Notes: generated from the letters alone by a model not told the origin. 64,000 nt of DNA from a bacterium (GCA_040390065.1 JAZJZE010000005.1:64001-128000); one strand, 5' to 3'. Shown: positions 9,184 through 18,708, numbered from the stretch's first letter. Numbers and translations: made by a program.

Positions 9184-10554
9184 ATGATCACCTTCGGTCC
9201 CGCCGGAATCCCGCTGTCGTGCAAGGGGCGCACGGTGCGGGACGGCATCATCTACACGCGCAACCTGGAACTGGATGCGATGGAAGTCCAGTTCGTGCGC
9301 GGCATCCGCATGACGGAGGAGGAGGCCAAGAAGGTCCGCGAGACGGCCCAGCAAGCGGGCGTCGAGCTCCACGTCAAGGCTCCGTATTACATCAACCTGG
9401 CCGGCGACGAGGCCAACGTCGAGATGTCCTTCCAGAAGATCCTGGCGACCGGGAAACTGGGCCATGAGATGGGCGCCCAGACGGTCGTCTTCCACCCCGG
9501 CTTCTACGGCGAATTGTCCAAGGAGGAGACGATGGCGCGCATCGTCAAGAACGTGCGCGAACTGCGCAACGTCTTCGTGCGCGAGGCCTGGACGCCGCGG
9601 CTTGGCATCGAGGTCATGGGCAAGCGCAACGTCTTCGGCAGCCTCGAGGAAGTGATCGAGGTCTGCCAGAAGGTGAAGGGCGTCGTCCCCGTCGTCGACT
9701 TTGCGCACATCCACGCGCGCGGCAACGGCATCCTGCAGAATCCCGAGGACTTCGTGGCCGTCTTCGAGAAACTGGCCCCCCTCAAGCTCGACCACTACCT
9801 CCTGCACTTCACGGGCATCCACTACGAGAACGGCAACGCCCGCTACCGCCTGCCCATCAAGAAGGGCGACCTCAAGTTCGAGCCGCTGGTCGACGTGCTC
9901 CTCGACGCCAACATGTCGGCCACCATCATCTCGACCTCGCCCATCCTCGAGCACGACGCGATGTACATGAACATCGTCTTCGACCGCGTCAAGGAACGCC
10001 GCGACGCGCGCGTCGCCAAGGAACTCCAGGACGCGATCAAGCAGGAAGAGCAGGCCAAGGTCGCGGACGAGCGCCGCAAGAAGGCCGACGAGGAGCGCGC
10101 CCGCAAGGCCGACGAGGAGCAGAAGCGCCGCGCCGAGAAGGAAGCCGAGAAGCTGCGCCGCGAAGAGGAGAAGCGCCTCGCCTTGGAGGAAGAGGCTGCC
10201 CGCAAGGCCGCCATCCCCGATTGCGCTGCCGTCACCAAATCCGGCACCCCGTGCAAGAAGAAGGCGGACGGCCGCGGCCGCTTCTGCATCCAGCACAAGG
10301 GCTGGCGCGGCATGACGATCGATGAGCTTCCGGAGAACCAGAAGCCGCGCGTCAAGCAGTCCACGGCGAAGGTCCGCCAGCAGGTGCAGGTGGACGAGTT
10401 CAAGCTCTGGAAGAAGGACGAGCGCTTCGTCTTCATGAAGGAGAAGAAGGAAGGCTACGCCGCCATCTTCAAGGTCCCCGACGGCAAGGAGGTGCGCTAC
10501 AACAAGCAGCGCATCCCCATCCTGCGCGCCGCCGGCGAAGCCGACGAGGAGTGA
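9184..10554 (+). CDS. nfo: Endonuclease IV-like TIM-barrel protein (AP endonuclease family 2) with coiled-coil, C3H zinc finger and C-terminal domain
   Basis: ITFGPAGIP, MEVQFVRG, APYYINL, FHPG, EVMGK...FGSLEE, DFAHIHARG, SPILEHDA match archaeal EndoIV; about 180 aa C-terminal extension. Confidence 0.85.
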   Translation: MITFGPAGIPLSCKGRTVRDGIIYTRNLELDAMEVQFVRGIRMTEEEAKKVRETAQQAGVELHVKAPYYINLAGDEANVEMSFQKILATGKLGHEMGAQTVVFHPGFYGELSKEETMARIVKNVRELRNVFVREAWTPRLGIEVMGKRNVFGSLEEVIEVCQKVKGVVPVVDFAHIHARGNGILQNPEDFVAVFEKLAPLKLDHYLLHFTGIHYENGNARYRLPIKKGDLKFEPLVDVLLDANMSATIISTSPILEHDAMYMNIVFDRVKERRDARVAKELQDAIKQEEQAKVADERRKKADEERARKADEEQKRRAEKEAEKLRREEEKRLALEEEAARKAAIPDCAAVTKSGTPCKKKADGRGRFCIQHKGWRGMTIDELPENQKPRVKQSTAKVRQQVQVDEFKLWKKDERFVFMKEKKEGYAAIFKVPDGKEVRYNKQRIPILRAAGEADEE

Positions 10555-10588
10555 GTCGCACGCACGCGGGCACCGAGGGCTGGACGGC

Positions 10589-11134
10589 ATGAAGTTCACG
10601 GAGCCCCTCGACTACATCGAGGCCGCCGCCCGCAAGACGCTCGAGCTCAACAAGGAGGATCTCGAGGCCTTCGTGAAGGTCCTGCAGCCGGCCCGCCGCG
10701 TCTTCCTCTACGGTCGCGGCCGTTCGGGCTTCGTGGCGCGGGCGTTTGCCGTCCGCCTCATGCACCTCGGCTACCAGACGTACGTCATCGGCGAGACCAT
10801 CACGGCGCCGGTCAAGCGCGACGACGTCGTCATCCTCGTGTCCGGCTCCGGCACGACGTACCCAGTCGTCATGACGGCCGAGCTCGGCCGCCGCCAGGGC
10901 GCGACGGTCGTGGCCATCACGGCGCAGCCCGAATCCGACATCGCGCGCTTGGCCCACGTGGTCGTCCCCATCATCCCGCCCGAAGGCAACGGCGACCGCG
11001 CCCGGCTTGCCCCCCTCGGCACGCTGTTCGAGACGAGCGCATGGCTGTTCTTCGACGCCGTGGTCGCCTTGCTGATGGAGACGCTTGGGGAGACGGAGGC
11101 GTCGATGATGCGACGCCATGCTACGCTCGAGTAG
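10589..11134 (+). CDS. hxlB: SIS-domain 6-phospho-3-hexuloisomerase
   Basis: VFLYGRGRSGFVARAFAVRLMHLG, VIGETIT, SGSGTT, APLGTLFE, C-terminal RHATLE. Confidence 0.9.
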   Translation: MKFTEPLDYIEAAARKTLELNKEDLEAFVKVLQPARRVFLYGRGRSGFVARAFAVRLMHLGYQTYVIGETITAPVKRDDVVILVSGSGTTYPVVMTAELGRRQGATVVAITAQPESDIARLAHVVVPIIPPEGNGDRARLAPLGTLFETSAWLFFDAVVALLMETLGETEASMMRRHATLE

Positions 11135-11340
11135 GCCGAAGGCCACGAGAGCGTGTTTGGCGTCGCAGCGATGCGAAGCGAGCGGACCGGCCGGCCCGCA
11201 AGGGCCGGGCGGGGAGAAGGCATGCGACGCTCGAGTGAGCAGGGCGAACGAGCGCGCTTGCTTTCGCAGCGATGCGTAGCGAGCGGACCCGGCCGGCCCG
11301 CAAGGGCCGGGCGGGGCGACGCCGTGCTCCGGTGGAATGA
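11111..11340 (+). repeat. Tandem repeat, period 102-104 bp, built from the last 8 codons of hxlB plus a hairpin unit
   Basis: Gene-end copies at 11111-11134, 11215-11238 and 11317-11340, separated by two units containing TCGCAGCGATGCG(A/T)AGCGAGCGGACC(C)GGCCGGCCCGCAAGGGCCGGGCGGGG. Confidence 0.85.
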
Positions 11341-11343
11341 TTC

Positions 11344-14300
11344 TCAGCGCTTGCGCCCGGCGGCCACGATGGCAGCCACGAGGATGGCGGCCAGGACGAT
11401 GGCGCCAGCCCCGATGGCCCACATTGCAACTCCGGATGTACCGGGGGAGGACACGTCACGGGCGCGCGCAGCGGAAGCGACCGTCGTCGGGCCTTGGAAC
11501 ACCTGTGTCGCGCCCGAGCCTTCGTGGGCCTTCATGCTGATAGTGTAGCCGCCGGGCGTCGCATAGCGGTGGGTCGCGGCGCCCTGCGACGTCTCCGCTG
11601 GCGTGCCATCGCCGAAGTCCCAATCGTAGGAGGTCGCGGAGACGGTCGGCGTGACGCTGACGAGACCGTCGTCGCCCTGCACGACCGTGAAGCCCTCGAA
11701 TGTCCCTGACGGACCCGATCCGGGCGAGATTGGCGTGGACGTCGGCGAGGCGGCGTCCGTGACCTGGATCTCGACTTGGTCCATTGCGCTCACGAGGCCG
11801 TCGTCGACGACGAGACTGAAGCGGTACGTCCCTGGAGCCACGGCGGCAAACGACGCGGTCTGCTGCTGTGCATCCGACAGCACGGCGGATGGTCCGGCGA
11901 CCTGCATCCACTGATACGTGAGGAGGTCGCCGTCGGGGTCGGACGATGCGGTGCCATCCAGCATCACCGTCGCTCCGACGCTGGCCGGCTCGGGGACGAG
12001 GATGGTCGCCGTGGGCGCCGCGTTCGTCGGGCGCACCGTCACCATCACGCCGTCGAGGGCCCGCGCCGAGCCGTCGCTTGCCGCGACCTCGAAATACAGC
12101 GTCGCGACCGGGCCGTCGAAGGAGGGCGCCTTGAAACTCAACGTCGGCGTGTCGGCTCCGGACAGGGCTGCGGCTGGCCCGGCGGTCTGCGTCCACGACC
12201 AGAGGACAGCGCCGCTTGCGCCGGTCGCGGTGGCTTGCAGTGACACATCCGATCCCGTGGCCGTCGTCCGGTCAGCGCCGGCGCTCACCGCCAGCAGTTG
12301 GCCGCTTCCTCCCAGATCCCCGCCGGAGCCGGCGGATCCACCGCTCGCGCCGCCCGAGCCCTGCGAGCCGCCGGATGTGGGCGGGTTCTGCGGCGGCGGC
12401 GCGCCTCCCGTTGGGGCGACGACTGAGATGGCCTTGCACGTCGGGCTGCCCTCGGCGCCGTATGAGTCGATGGCGGACAGGCAGACGGTCGCCTGCCCGA
12501 CCGTCCCGAAGATGTGGTCTGGCGCGTGCGACGTGGACTTGTAGCCGTCCCCGAAGTTCCAGTTCCATGCCACGACGGAGTCGCCCGGGTCCGAGTCCGT
12601 GGAGCTGTCGACGAATGTGACGCTGTTGCCGACCACGACGGTCGTGGGGGAGGCGGAGAATCGGGCAACGGGCGGCACGTCGGGGGCGACGTTGATGGTC
12701 ACCGTGGCGCACGGACTGTCCAGGGGGTCGGGGTCTGTCACCTTGTAGGTGAACGTCACGGGTCCCGTGAACGAGGCCGGCGCGGCGTAGATGAAGTGGC
12801 CATCGGCTGCGATGGGCGGCGTGCCGACGAGGCTGCCCGTCGTCGGGAACACGCAGACGCTTGGGACCACGGTGTCGCCGTCGGTGTCGCCGTCGTTTGC
12901 GAGCACGGGCGAAAGACCTCGGGCCAGCGTGCTCATGGAGTAGCCCGACGCCGCGTTGTACGTGTCGTCCCCGGCGTAGGGTTTGATGATCGTGCAGGCG
13001 ACGGTGAGCGTCACTTGCACCGGCGCACTGTATGTCGGCGGGGTCAGGCCGGTCGGGCTGTTGTCGTCGAGGAGTTCGTACTTGAACGAGTCCGTGCCAC
13101 AGAAGTGCACGTTCGGGATGTACCTGAACGAGCCATCCGACGAGATGACGGGGCTTGTGCCGGTGCCGTCGCCCTTGAGGAGCTGACCGGACGACGGACC
13201 CGTGAACACGACGGCGTTGTCCTGGCTGATGTGCGATGGCACGGGCACGGGGCTCGCGAGGTCGTCGCGGTCCTTCTCGCCAGAGCTGCACTTGAGGCCG
13301 AACGGGGGCGACCCAGTGCACGTGGCGGGCACGCCGAAGTAGGATGGCGTCACGGCTGCGCAACTCGTCTGGGGCAGCGGGCTGCAGTCCTCGTCGACGT
13401 TGTAGGCATCGGCGGTCGCGATGGGAACGTCCGCGATGCACGTGACCTGGATCGTGGCCTTGGCCGCCGTGGCGCTGAACGTCGACCCGTCCTTCACCTT
13501 GAACGTGAATGCATCGTCGTTGCCGACGGAGAAGGCCGGACCGTTGCAGTAGTCGTCGTTCGGCTGGTACTTGACGTCGTACGTCGGCGACGCGGCCGCA
13601 GTCACCGTGTTGCAACTCGGCGGGTTGCCCTTGAGAACGCCGCGGGTCGGGTTGGATGCGATGCAGAAGTACATGGGGTCGCCGGGATCCGCGTCGGTTC
13701 CAGCTAGCGTGATGGTCGCGTACGGAGAAGCGCAGCCGGATGCCGGCGTCGTGCTGCAGTCCTCGTCGACGGTGTACGTCGCCGGGGTCGCGACGGGAGC
13801 CTGGTTGGCCGGGGGTGCGGCGCCGCGGTAGTACCGCACGGCCACGCTGTTGAGGGTCCAATCCGACGACGCGCTCGAGTCCAGCCAGGTGAGGCCGCTG
13901 TTGCCCGTATTGTCCTGCAGGCCACCGATGGCGTGGTGGTTGTCGTCCACGGGCGCGACGGATTGGTAGTGCACCTCGATGGAGTCGTCCACCTCGAACA
14001 GCTTGATCTCCCAAGAACCGGGACTCGACGAGGATGGACTGTAGTACGGCACGTTGTTCATTTCGTAGATGAAGACGCGGTTGGGCGACGTGCCGACCAC
14101 TTGGTAGTAGGTGCAAACGCAGCTCCCAGAATTCAAGTCCGTCCAGTACGCGGACACGAAGTTGTAGGGGCCGCAGCACGAGGACGGGATGGTCTGCGGC
14201 GTGTAGCTCGTGCAAGTGCCCGCGTCAAAGCACAGGTAGCCGTTCGAGGCCAGTTCGACCTTCTGGACTGCGTTGCCACAGAAATCGAATTCCCATGCCC

Positions 14301-14559
14301 CGGGAAGCGGGGGCGGCAGCGCCGACAGGCTCACCGACGTCGAGACGTCATCGCCCGCGGGGCCCGCTGTGCCCGTCGTCGAGATGTCGACGAAATCGTA
14401 GGCGGGGCCGCCGCCTGAGTTGCTGTCGATGAAATAGTACCCGCAGCCATCGGGACCCCCCGTGTTGGCCGATGCGGGGTGGACCAGCAACAGGAGAGTC
14501 GTGGCCGCCGCGGCCGCTAGCAAGAACCCAAGAATGCGCCCAACCATCCAATCGACCAC
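11344..14559 (-). CDS. Large surface protein (A0): N-terminal GGPD/NIDO-like domain, Cys-containing Ig-like repeats, PKD domains, C-terminal TM
   Basis: Signal peptide; WNFGDG and WDFGDG PKD motifs; DxD/FTY Ig-like repeats; G/S linker; TM followed by GRKR. Confidence 0.85.
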   Translation of the reverse strand: MVDWMVGRILGFLLAAAAATTLLLLVHPASANTGGPDGCGYYFIDSNSGGGPAYDFVDISTTGTAGPAGDDVSTSVSLSALPPPLPGAWEFDFCGNAVQKVELASNGYLCFDAGTCTSYTPQTIPSSCCGPYNFVSAYWTDLNSGSCVCTYYQVVGTSPNRVFIYEMNNVPYYSPSSSSPGSWEIKLFEVDDSIEVHYQSVAPVDDNHHAIGGLQDNTGNSGLTWLDSSASSDWTLNSVAVRYYRGAAPPANQAPVATPATYTVDEDCSTTPASGCASPYATITLAGTDADPGDPMYFCIASNPTRGVLKGNPPSCNTVTAAASPTYDVKYQPNDDYCNGPAFSVGNDDAFTFKVKDGSTFSATAAKATIQVTCIADVPIATADAYNVDEDCSPLPQTSCAAVTPSYFGVPATCTGSPPFGLKCSSGEKDRDDLASPVPVPSHISQDNAVVFTGPSSGQLLKGDGTGTSPVISSDGSFRYIPNVHFCGTDSFKYELLDDNSPTGLTPPTYSAPVQVTLTVACTIIKPYAGDDTYNAASGYSMSTLARGLSPVLANDGDTDGDTVVPSVCVFPTTGSLVGTPPIAADGHFIYAAPASFTGPVTFTYKVTDPDPLDSPCATVTINVAPDVPPVARFSASPTTVVVGNSVTFVDSSTDSDPGDSVVAWNWNFGDGYKSTSHAPDHIFGTVGQATVCLSAIDSYGAEGSPTCKAISVVAPTGGAPPPQNPPTSGGSQGSGGASGGSAGSGGDLGGSGQLLAVSAGADRTTATGSDVSLQATATGASGAVLWSWTQTAGPAAALSGADTPTLSFKAPSFDGPVATLYFEVAASDGSARALDGVMVTVRPTNAAPTATILVPEPASVGATVMLDGTASSDPDGDLLTYQWMQVAGPSAVLSDAQQQTASFAAVAPGTYRFSLVVDDGLVSAMDQVEIQVTDAASPTSTPISPGSGPSGTFEGFTVVQGDDGLVSVTPTVSATSYDWDFGDGTPAETSQGAATHRYATPGGYTISMKAHEGSGATQVFQGPTTVASAARARDVSSPGTSGVAMWAIGAGAIVLAAILVAAIVAAGRKR

Positions 14560-14733
14560 CGCCGGGAGGCGGACAGAAGGGCGACCGGCTTCTGCGCCTT
14601 AACGGCGTCGCCGCGGTCCCCAATCATCTACAGCCTATCACGGCAATTCGCCCAGGAAGGGCGCCGGAAAGCCCAGCGAACCGCACGTTCTTGCGCGTCC
14701 TGCTGCGAAAACACGCGTGGACGCTGGGCGAGG

Positions 14734-14799
14734 TCAGAACGGCCGCTTCGGCAAACCCTTCGCCGCATCGAAGTTGACCCAGACCTTCACGCCGCACCA
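14734..14799 (-). repeat. Duplicate of the thyX 3' end (WCGVKVWVNFDAAKGLPKRPF*)
   Basis: 14736-14799 matches 14882-14945 at 63/64 positions; the difference is synonymous (GTC/GTG); the stop is TGA versus TAG. Confidence 0.9.
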
Positions 14800-14879
14800 C
14801 GACCTGCAGTCAGGTCGATCAACACGGGTGGGACCTCCGGCTTTCCAAGCCTGCGGCCCCACGCCACTGCTTGAGGTCT

Positions 14880-16649
14880 CTAGAACGGCCGCTTCGGCAA
14901 ACCCTTCGCCGCATCGAAGTTCACCCAGACCTTCACGCCGCACCATTTGTCCCCTTCCGGGCAGCAGGCCACAGGGTCGTCCTGCTTGTCGCGCGGTTGG
15001 CGGGGCGCCACGAAGCTGCACGGCGGGCCCAGCCAACGCGTGAGTTCGGGGTGAGCCGCCTGCGCCTGGCGAAGCTCGGCGATGGACGCGTCGAAGATCT
15101 CCTTCTGCGCGTTGAAGCACGTTCGCAGCCGCCACTTGTGGATGAACGCCAACAGATCGCCGGATTGGGTGAACGTGATGTTCGTCGCATTCGGGAGCAA
15201 GTAGGTGCAGTCGTCCGCCGGGATGCCCCGTTCACGCAGCTTGGCGATGGCAGCCCAAAGCGCTGCGATGGCGTCGTCGTAGACGCGGCGGCCGTCGGCG
15301 TCCGCAGCGACAATCTCGGGCACGTGCACGTCGGGCTTGGCCGAGAGACAGCGCGTCAAGACGGGGCGCGTACCTGGGGTCATGCGGTGGCGCTGGTCCT
15401 GCGCGTAGGCCGTCAGGCTGAGGCGCTTGCGGAACGTGTAGTGCACGTGGTGCAGGGCGCGAAGGACCGGGCTGTGGTCCCACGTGTTGAGGGTGTCCGC
15501 CCACGCGGCGTTTCGCGCGGGGTCCATGACTTCGCGCAGGAGTTCGGCGTCCGGGAGGGCGGAACCCGTCGTCTCGCGGACCGCCTGCAGGACCACGGCC
15601 GCGGCGTTGGGCGTCGCGGCCAAGAGAACAGCGGGGGTTCCGGCGGGGATGCCGTCGGCTGGCTGCGACGAGACCGTGGCGCCCGACAACATCGTCTCGA
15701 CGTGCTCTGCGCGTGGCCGCGTCTGCTCCTCGATCTGGCCGACGAACTGCGGGTCGACGCGGCGGATCTCCTCGACCATCTGGTCCACGATGGTGCGCGC
15801 CTCGCGGGCGGCGTCGCCGGCCTCGCACATGCGGATGTAGCGCAGCAGCACGATGCCGGACACCGTGTGGTAAAGTTGCGTCGCGGCCGCGATGGGGATG
15901 ACGTAGCGCGCCATCTCCTGCGACTTCTTCTCCGCCTCCTTGTGGATGGTCTTGTCCGACTGGCCCTTGATGCGGCCAATCGCCGTCATCGTGCGGATGT
16001 TGGCATCCACGAGGCTGTCGCGCAGAGTGTGGTAGGCGTCCCAGGCCGTGCGGACGGCGCCCTCGTAGGCGGCGCGGGCTTGCGGATCTGCGCGCACCGT
16101 CGCAGGGATGTGCACCTCGGCGCGCTTCATCTCGACGTAGCGCTGGCTCTGCTGCTCCGAGTTGTAGAACGTGTGGTTATGGAGGAAGGACTCGACGACG
16201 TTGCGGCTGACGCCCTCCAACGCGAAGACGAAGGTCGGGTGCTGGAACGGCGTGTGGTGGCCGGCCTCGTAGATGCCGTGCGCGATGCGGGCGTCGCCGG
16301 CCGAGCGTTGGCGCGCCAAGTCGGCAAATGCGGCGAGCGCCGTGCGCACATCCAGACTGGACACCTTGAGCGACACGCGTTCAACAATCTGCACGCGCTT
16401 GTCGTGCGGCGTGTCGAGGCGACCAATCTCGTCGAGTTCCGCCTTGAACGACGGCAGCGCGTCCAAGAGCGACTTGCGCTCGCGTTCGCCCTTCGAGTCG
16501 AGGCGGCCGACGAAGACGAAGTCCTGCGCGTAGCAGGTGCGCGCCGACGCCACGGACAATTCGTAGGGACGCGCCGTGTGGGCGACCAGGCGGACGCGGG
16601 GCTCCGCGACGAGGATGTCGCGCGCCCCCGTCGATTCCAGCTGGGCCAC
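14880..16649 (-). CDS. thyX: FAD-dependent thymidylate synthase, tandem two-domain form
   Basis: SARTCY, GHHTPFQH, FALEGVSR, SEQQSQRYV and ARYVIP in domain 1; HSPVL, QDQRHR, YLLPNA and RLRTCFNAQKEI in domain 2. Confidence 0.9.
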   Translation of the reverse strand: MAQLESTGARDILVAEPRVRLVAHTARPYELSVASARTCYAQDFVFVGRLDSKGERERKSLLDALPSFKAELDEIGRLDTPHDKRVQIVERVSLKVSSLDVRTALAAFADLARQRSAGDARIAHGIYEAGHHTPFQHPTFVFALEGVSRNVVESFLHNHTFYNSEQQSQRYVEMKRAEVHIPATVRADPQARAAYEGAVRTAWDAYHTLRDSLVDANIRTMTAIGRIKGQSDKTIHKEAEKKSQEMARYVIPIAAATQLYHTVSGIVLLRYIRMCEAGDAAREARTIVDQMVEEIRRVDPQFVGQIEEQTRPRAEHVETMLSGATVSSQPADGIPAGTPAVLLAATPNAAAVVLQAVRETTGSALPDAELLREVMDPARNAAWADTLNTWDHSPVLRALHHVHYTFRKRLSLTAYAQDQRHRMTPGTRPVLTRCLSAKPDVHVPEIVAADADGRRVYDDAIAALWAAIAKLRERGIPADDCTYLLPNATNITFTQSGDLLAFIHKWRLRTCFNAQKEIFDASIAELRQAQAAHPELTRWLGPPCSFVAPRQPRDKQDDPVACCPEGDKWCGVKVWVNFDAAKGLPKRPF

Positions 16650-16721
16650 GGATTCACCACCCGCTGCGGGGGTTTGAACCCTTCTTGACCGGAGGCGGCC
16701 CCTAGGGGAGTCCGACCTTCG

Positions 16722-17651
16722 TCACGGCACGTACTTGACGGAGTCTTCCAAATCGAGGACGAAAAAGTAGGACCCGACGTCCGTCGTGAATGCCGCCATC
16801 CCCGTGAAATTCCCTGGGGCGACGAGGCCGAAAGTCTCCAAGCCCGTACGTGTAGTCACCATCTGCGCGATCCCCGAACCGTCCGTGTACGCCACCCGCA
16901 CGAACGGCGTAAGGTCCTTGGCATTCCGGGGCGTAAACAGGCCAACCGTCGTGACACCTGCAGGGGGGCCCTCCGGTTGTGGCGTGCCCGTCAGCCTGAC
17001 GAGCGGTACCGCACCTGCGTCGACTCGTAGGCCGGGGAGCGGGGCATTCACGATATCAATCGTCGCGTTCACGACGTTCACCCCGTGCCGGACCAGATGC
17101 CCTGCAATGGGGGAGCTGTCCGTGACGACCATGAGTGGAAAGATTGGCTGGGCAATGCCCGCGACCTTGACCCCGGTGGGAAGGACAATCGGGGCCCCGA
17201 CCAGTCCCAGACCGGCGGGGCCGATGGTTTCGTTCCGGTACGTCCGCGGGCGGTCGGTGCCATTGGCGCTGTAGGATTCCAGCGTCAAGGTGCTAAGGAC
17301 GACGTCCCGACACTGATAGAAGTCGAACATGACCGGGACAAGGTTCTGCGGCGTACTAGAGGGGATTTCGTACTCGGGGGGAACCGCTTGACGCAACTTT
17401 CCCCGGTCGACGTCAAACGACCCGCGAACGATTCCGCAGGCGCTGGCGTAGACGAAGGTTACGTTCGATATCGCAACCTTGGTGGCATGGGGCTCTTGCA
17501 GGCCCCCGGATGCGGAAACACTAGTTGCCCCAGGCTGTACGCCGGCTTGAGTCGGCCCCGTCCCGTTCGTGCATCCGGCGATCACCAAGACGACGACGAG
17601 CCAAGCGTGTGCCCGAAACACGGGAGCACGTCTCACGCTAGCGGAAGCCAT
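16722..17651 (-). CDS. Hypothetical lipoprotein (start uncertain, 17636-17696)
   Basis: Lipobox VIAGC; pattern similarity to 5539..6408. Confidence 0.7.
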   Translation of the reverse strand: MASASVRRAPVFRAHAWLVVVLVIAGCTNGTGPTQAGVQPGATSVSASGGLQEPHATKVAISNVTFVYASACGIVRGSFDVDRGKLRQAVPPEYEIPSSTPQNLVPVMFDFYQCRDVVLSTLTLESYSANGTDRPRTYRNETIGPAGLGLVGAPIVLPTGVKVAGIAQPIFPLMVVTDSSPIAGHLVRHGVNVVNATIDIVNAPLPGLRVDAGAVPLVRLTGTPQPEGPPAGVTTVGLFTPRNAKDLTPFVRVAYTDGSGIAQMVTTRTGLETFGLVAPGNFTGMAAFTTDVGSYFFVLDLEDSVKYVP

Positions 17652-17711
17652 CAAAGCCTTCCTTGCAGGGGCAGATGCGTCGGTCTCGTGGCCCATCGCC
17701 CGAACCCAACA

Positions 17712-18524
17712 TCAGGCATGATAGCAGGCGCGCGCCGACGCGGAAGCAATTGCAGGCGCCGGCAGCTGCAGTTCGGGGCCTGGGGACGGTAGCAGCGGGT
17801 GATCGCTTCCAGTGGCGGTCGCTCCAGTGTCGCAAATGGGGACGACCGGCGCGTCGCGGAACTTGTTGACCAAGACGTCCTGAATGTCGCCCCCGCAGCT
17901 TGCCGTCGGCGAGCCGTGCGTGCAGTCCACGGGAGAACTTGCCGTTCCGGAGGACTTCGTGCCAGCGACCAAGTAGTAGTAGTTGTGGCCGCCCGTATTG
18001 AAGCCGACTCCGAAGTCCGAGGCGTAGCTGGAACCAAGGCACAGTTCATACCCGCTCGTCGCAAAATGGTCGGCGCAGGTCATGCTTGACGAAGCAACAG
18101 CAACATTGCATACCAATCGTAGTTGTGCCGGATCGTTGGCCAGAGAACAGGAAACGGTGTTGTGGTTCTCCGTAGCCCCACCCCCGCTGTGAATGACCTG
18201 TCGGTTGAGGTTCATCGCGGGCAGCGCGCCGCCGAGCGTGATTGGCCCATACTCCTGGTGGCGGGCCGGCACGCTGACCGGCGCGGAGAGGATGGTGACG
18301 CCGCCGTCATCGACGCACTCGCGGCTGAGGGTTCCTGCAGGAAAATCTACGTTGAACAGCGTTGCGCCCGTGCTGTCCGGCGCCAGGCTGAAGGCCGGCG
18401 TATCGAATGATTCGAAGCCGGAGACAGTGCAAACGTCGCCGCTTGCGTTGGCGGGAGGTGCCAACCATGGAGCGGCAAGAAAAAGCAAGCAAACCAGACT
18501 GGTCGTGCGAAGTCGCAAATTCAT
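17712..18524 (-). CDS. Hypothetical secreted Cys-rich protein
   Basis: Signal peptide MNLRLRTTSLVCLLFLAAPWLAPPANA; about 10 Cys; atypical codon usage. Confidence 0.7.
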   Translation of the reverse strand: MNLRLRTTSLVCLLFLAAPWLAPPANASGDVCTVSGFESFDTPAFSLAPDSTGATLFNVDFPAGTLSRECVDDGGVTILSAPVSVPARHQEYGPITLGGALPAMNLNRQVIHSGGGATENHNTVSCSLANDPAQLRLVCNVAVASSSMTCADHFATSGYELCLGSSYASDFGVGFNTGGHNYYYLVAGTKSSGTASSPVDCTHGSPTASCGGDIQDVLVNKFRDAPVVPICDTGATATGSDHPLLPSPGPELQLPAPAIASASARACYHA

Positions 18525-18708
18525 GGTATCGTTTTCCTGGAGCCATGCGGGCGCGCGTTGCGCTCACCCGGACCGGCACGGCCCAAATGACCCGACGACC
18601 TTGGACCTTCTCACAATAGTTCTCTCAGGACCCGGCCGTCGCAGGCCCAATACGAAGGCATGCCCCCCGCCTCCACGCTTAAATAAACCAAGCGTGTGAG
18701 AAGAGTCC

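Noticed and set aside
11111-11340. Possible mini CRISPR array (24-bp repeat with ~80-bp spacers)
   Set aside because: The repeats are gene-end copies, the spacers resemble each other and are too long, and no cas genes are present.
14734-15135. 133-aa ORF ending in the ThyX C-terminal peptide, or stop-codon read-through
   Set aside because: It is an out-of-frame by-product of the 146-bp-offset duplication; the rest of the ORF overlaps thyX and is not protein-like.
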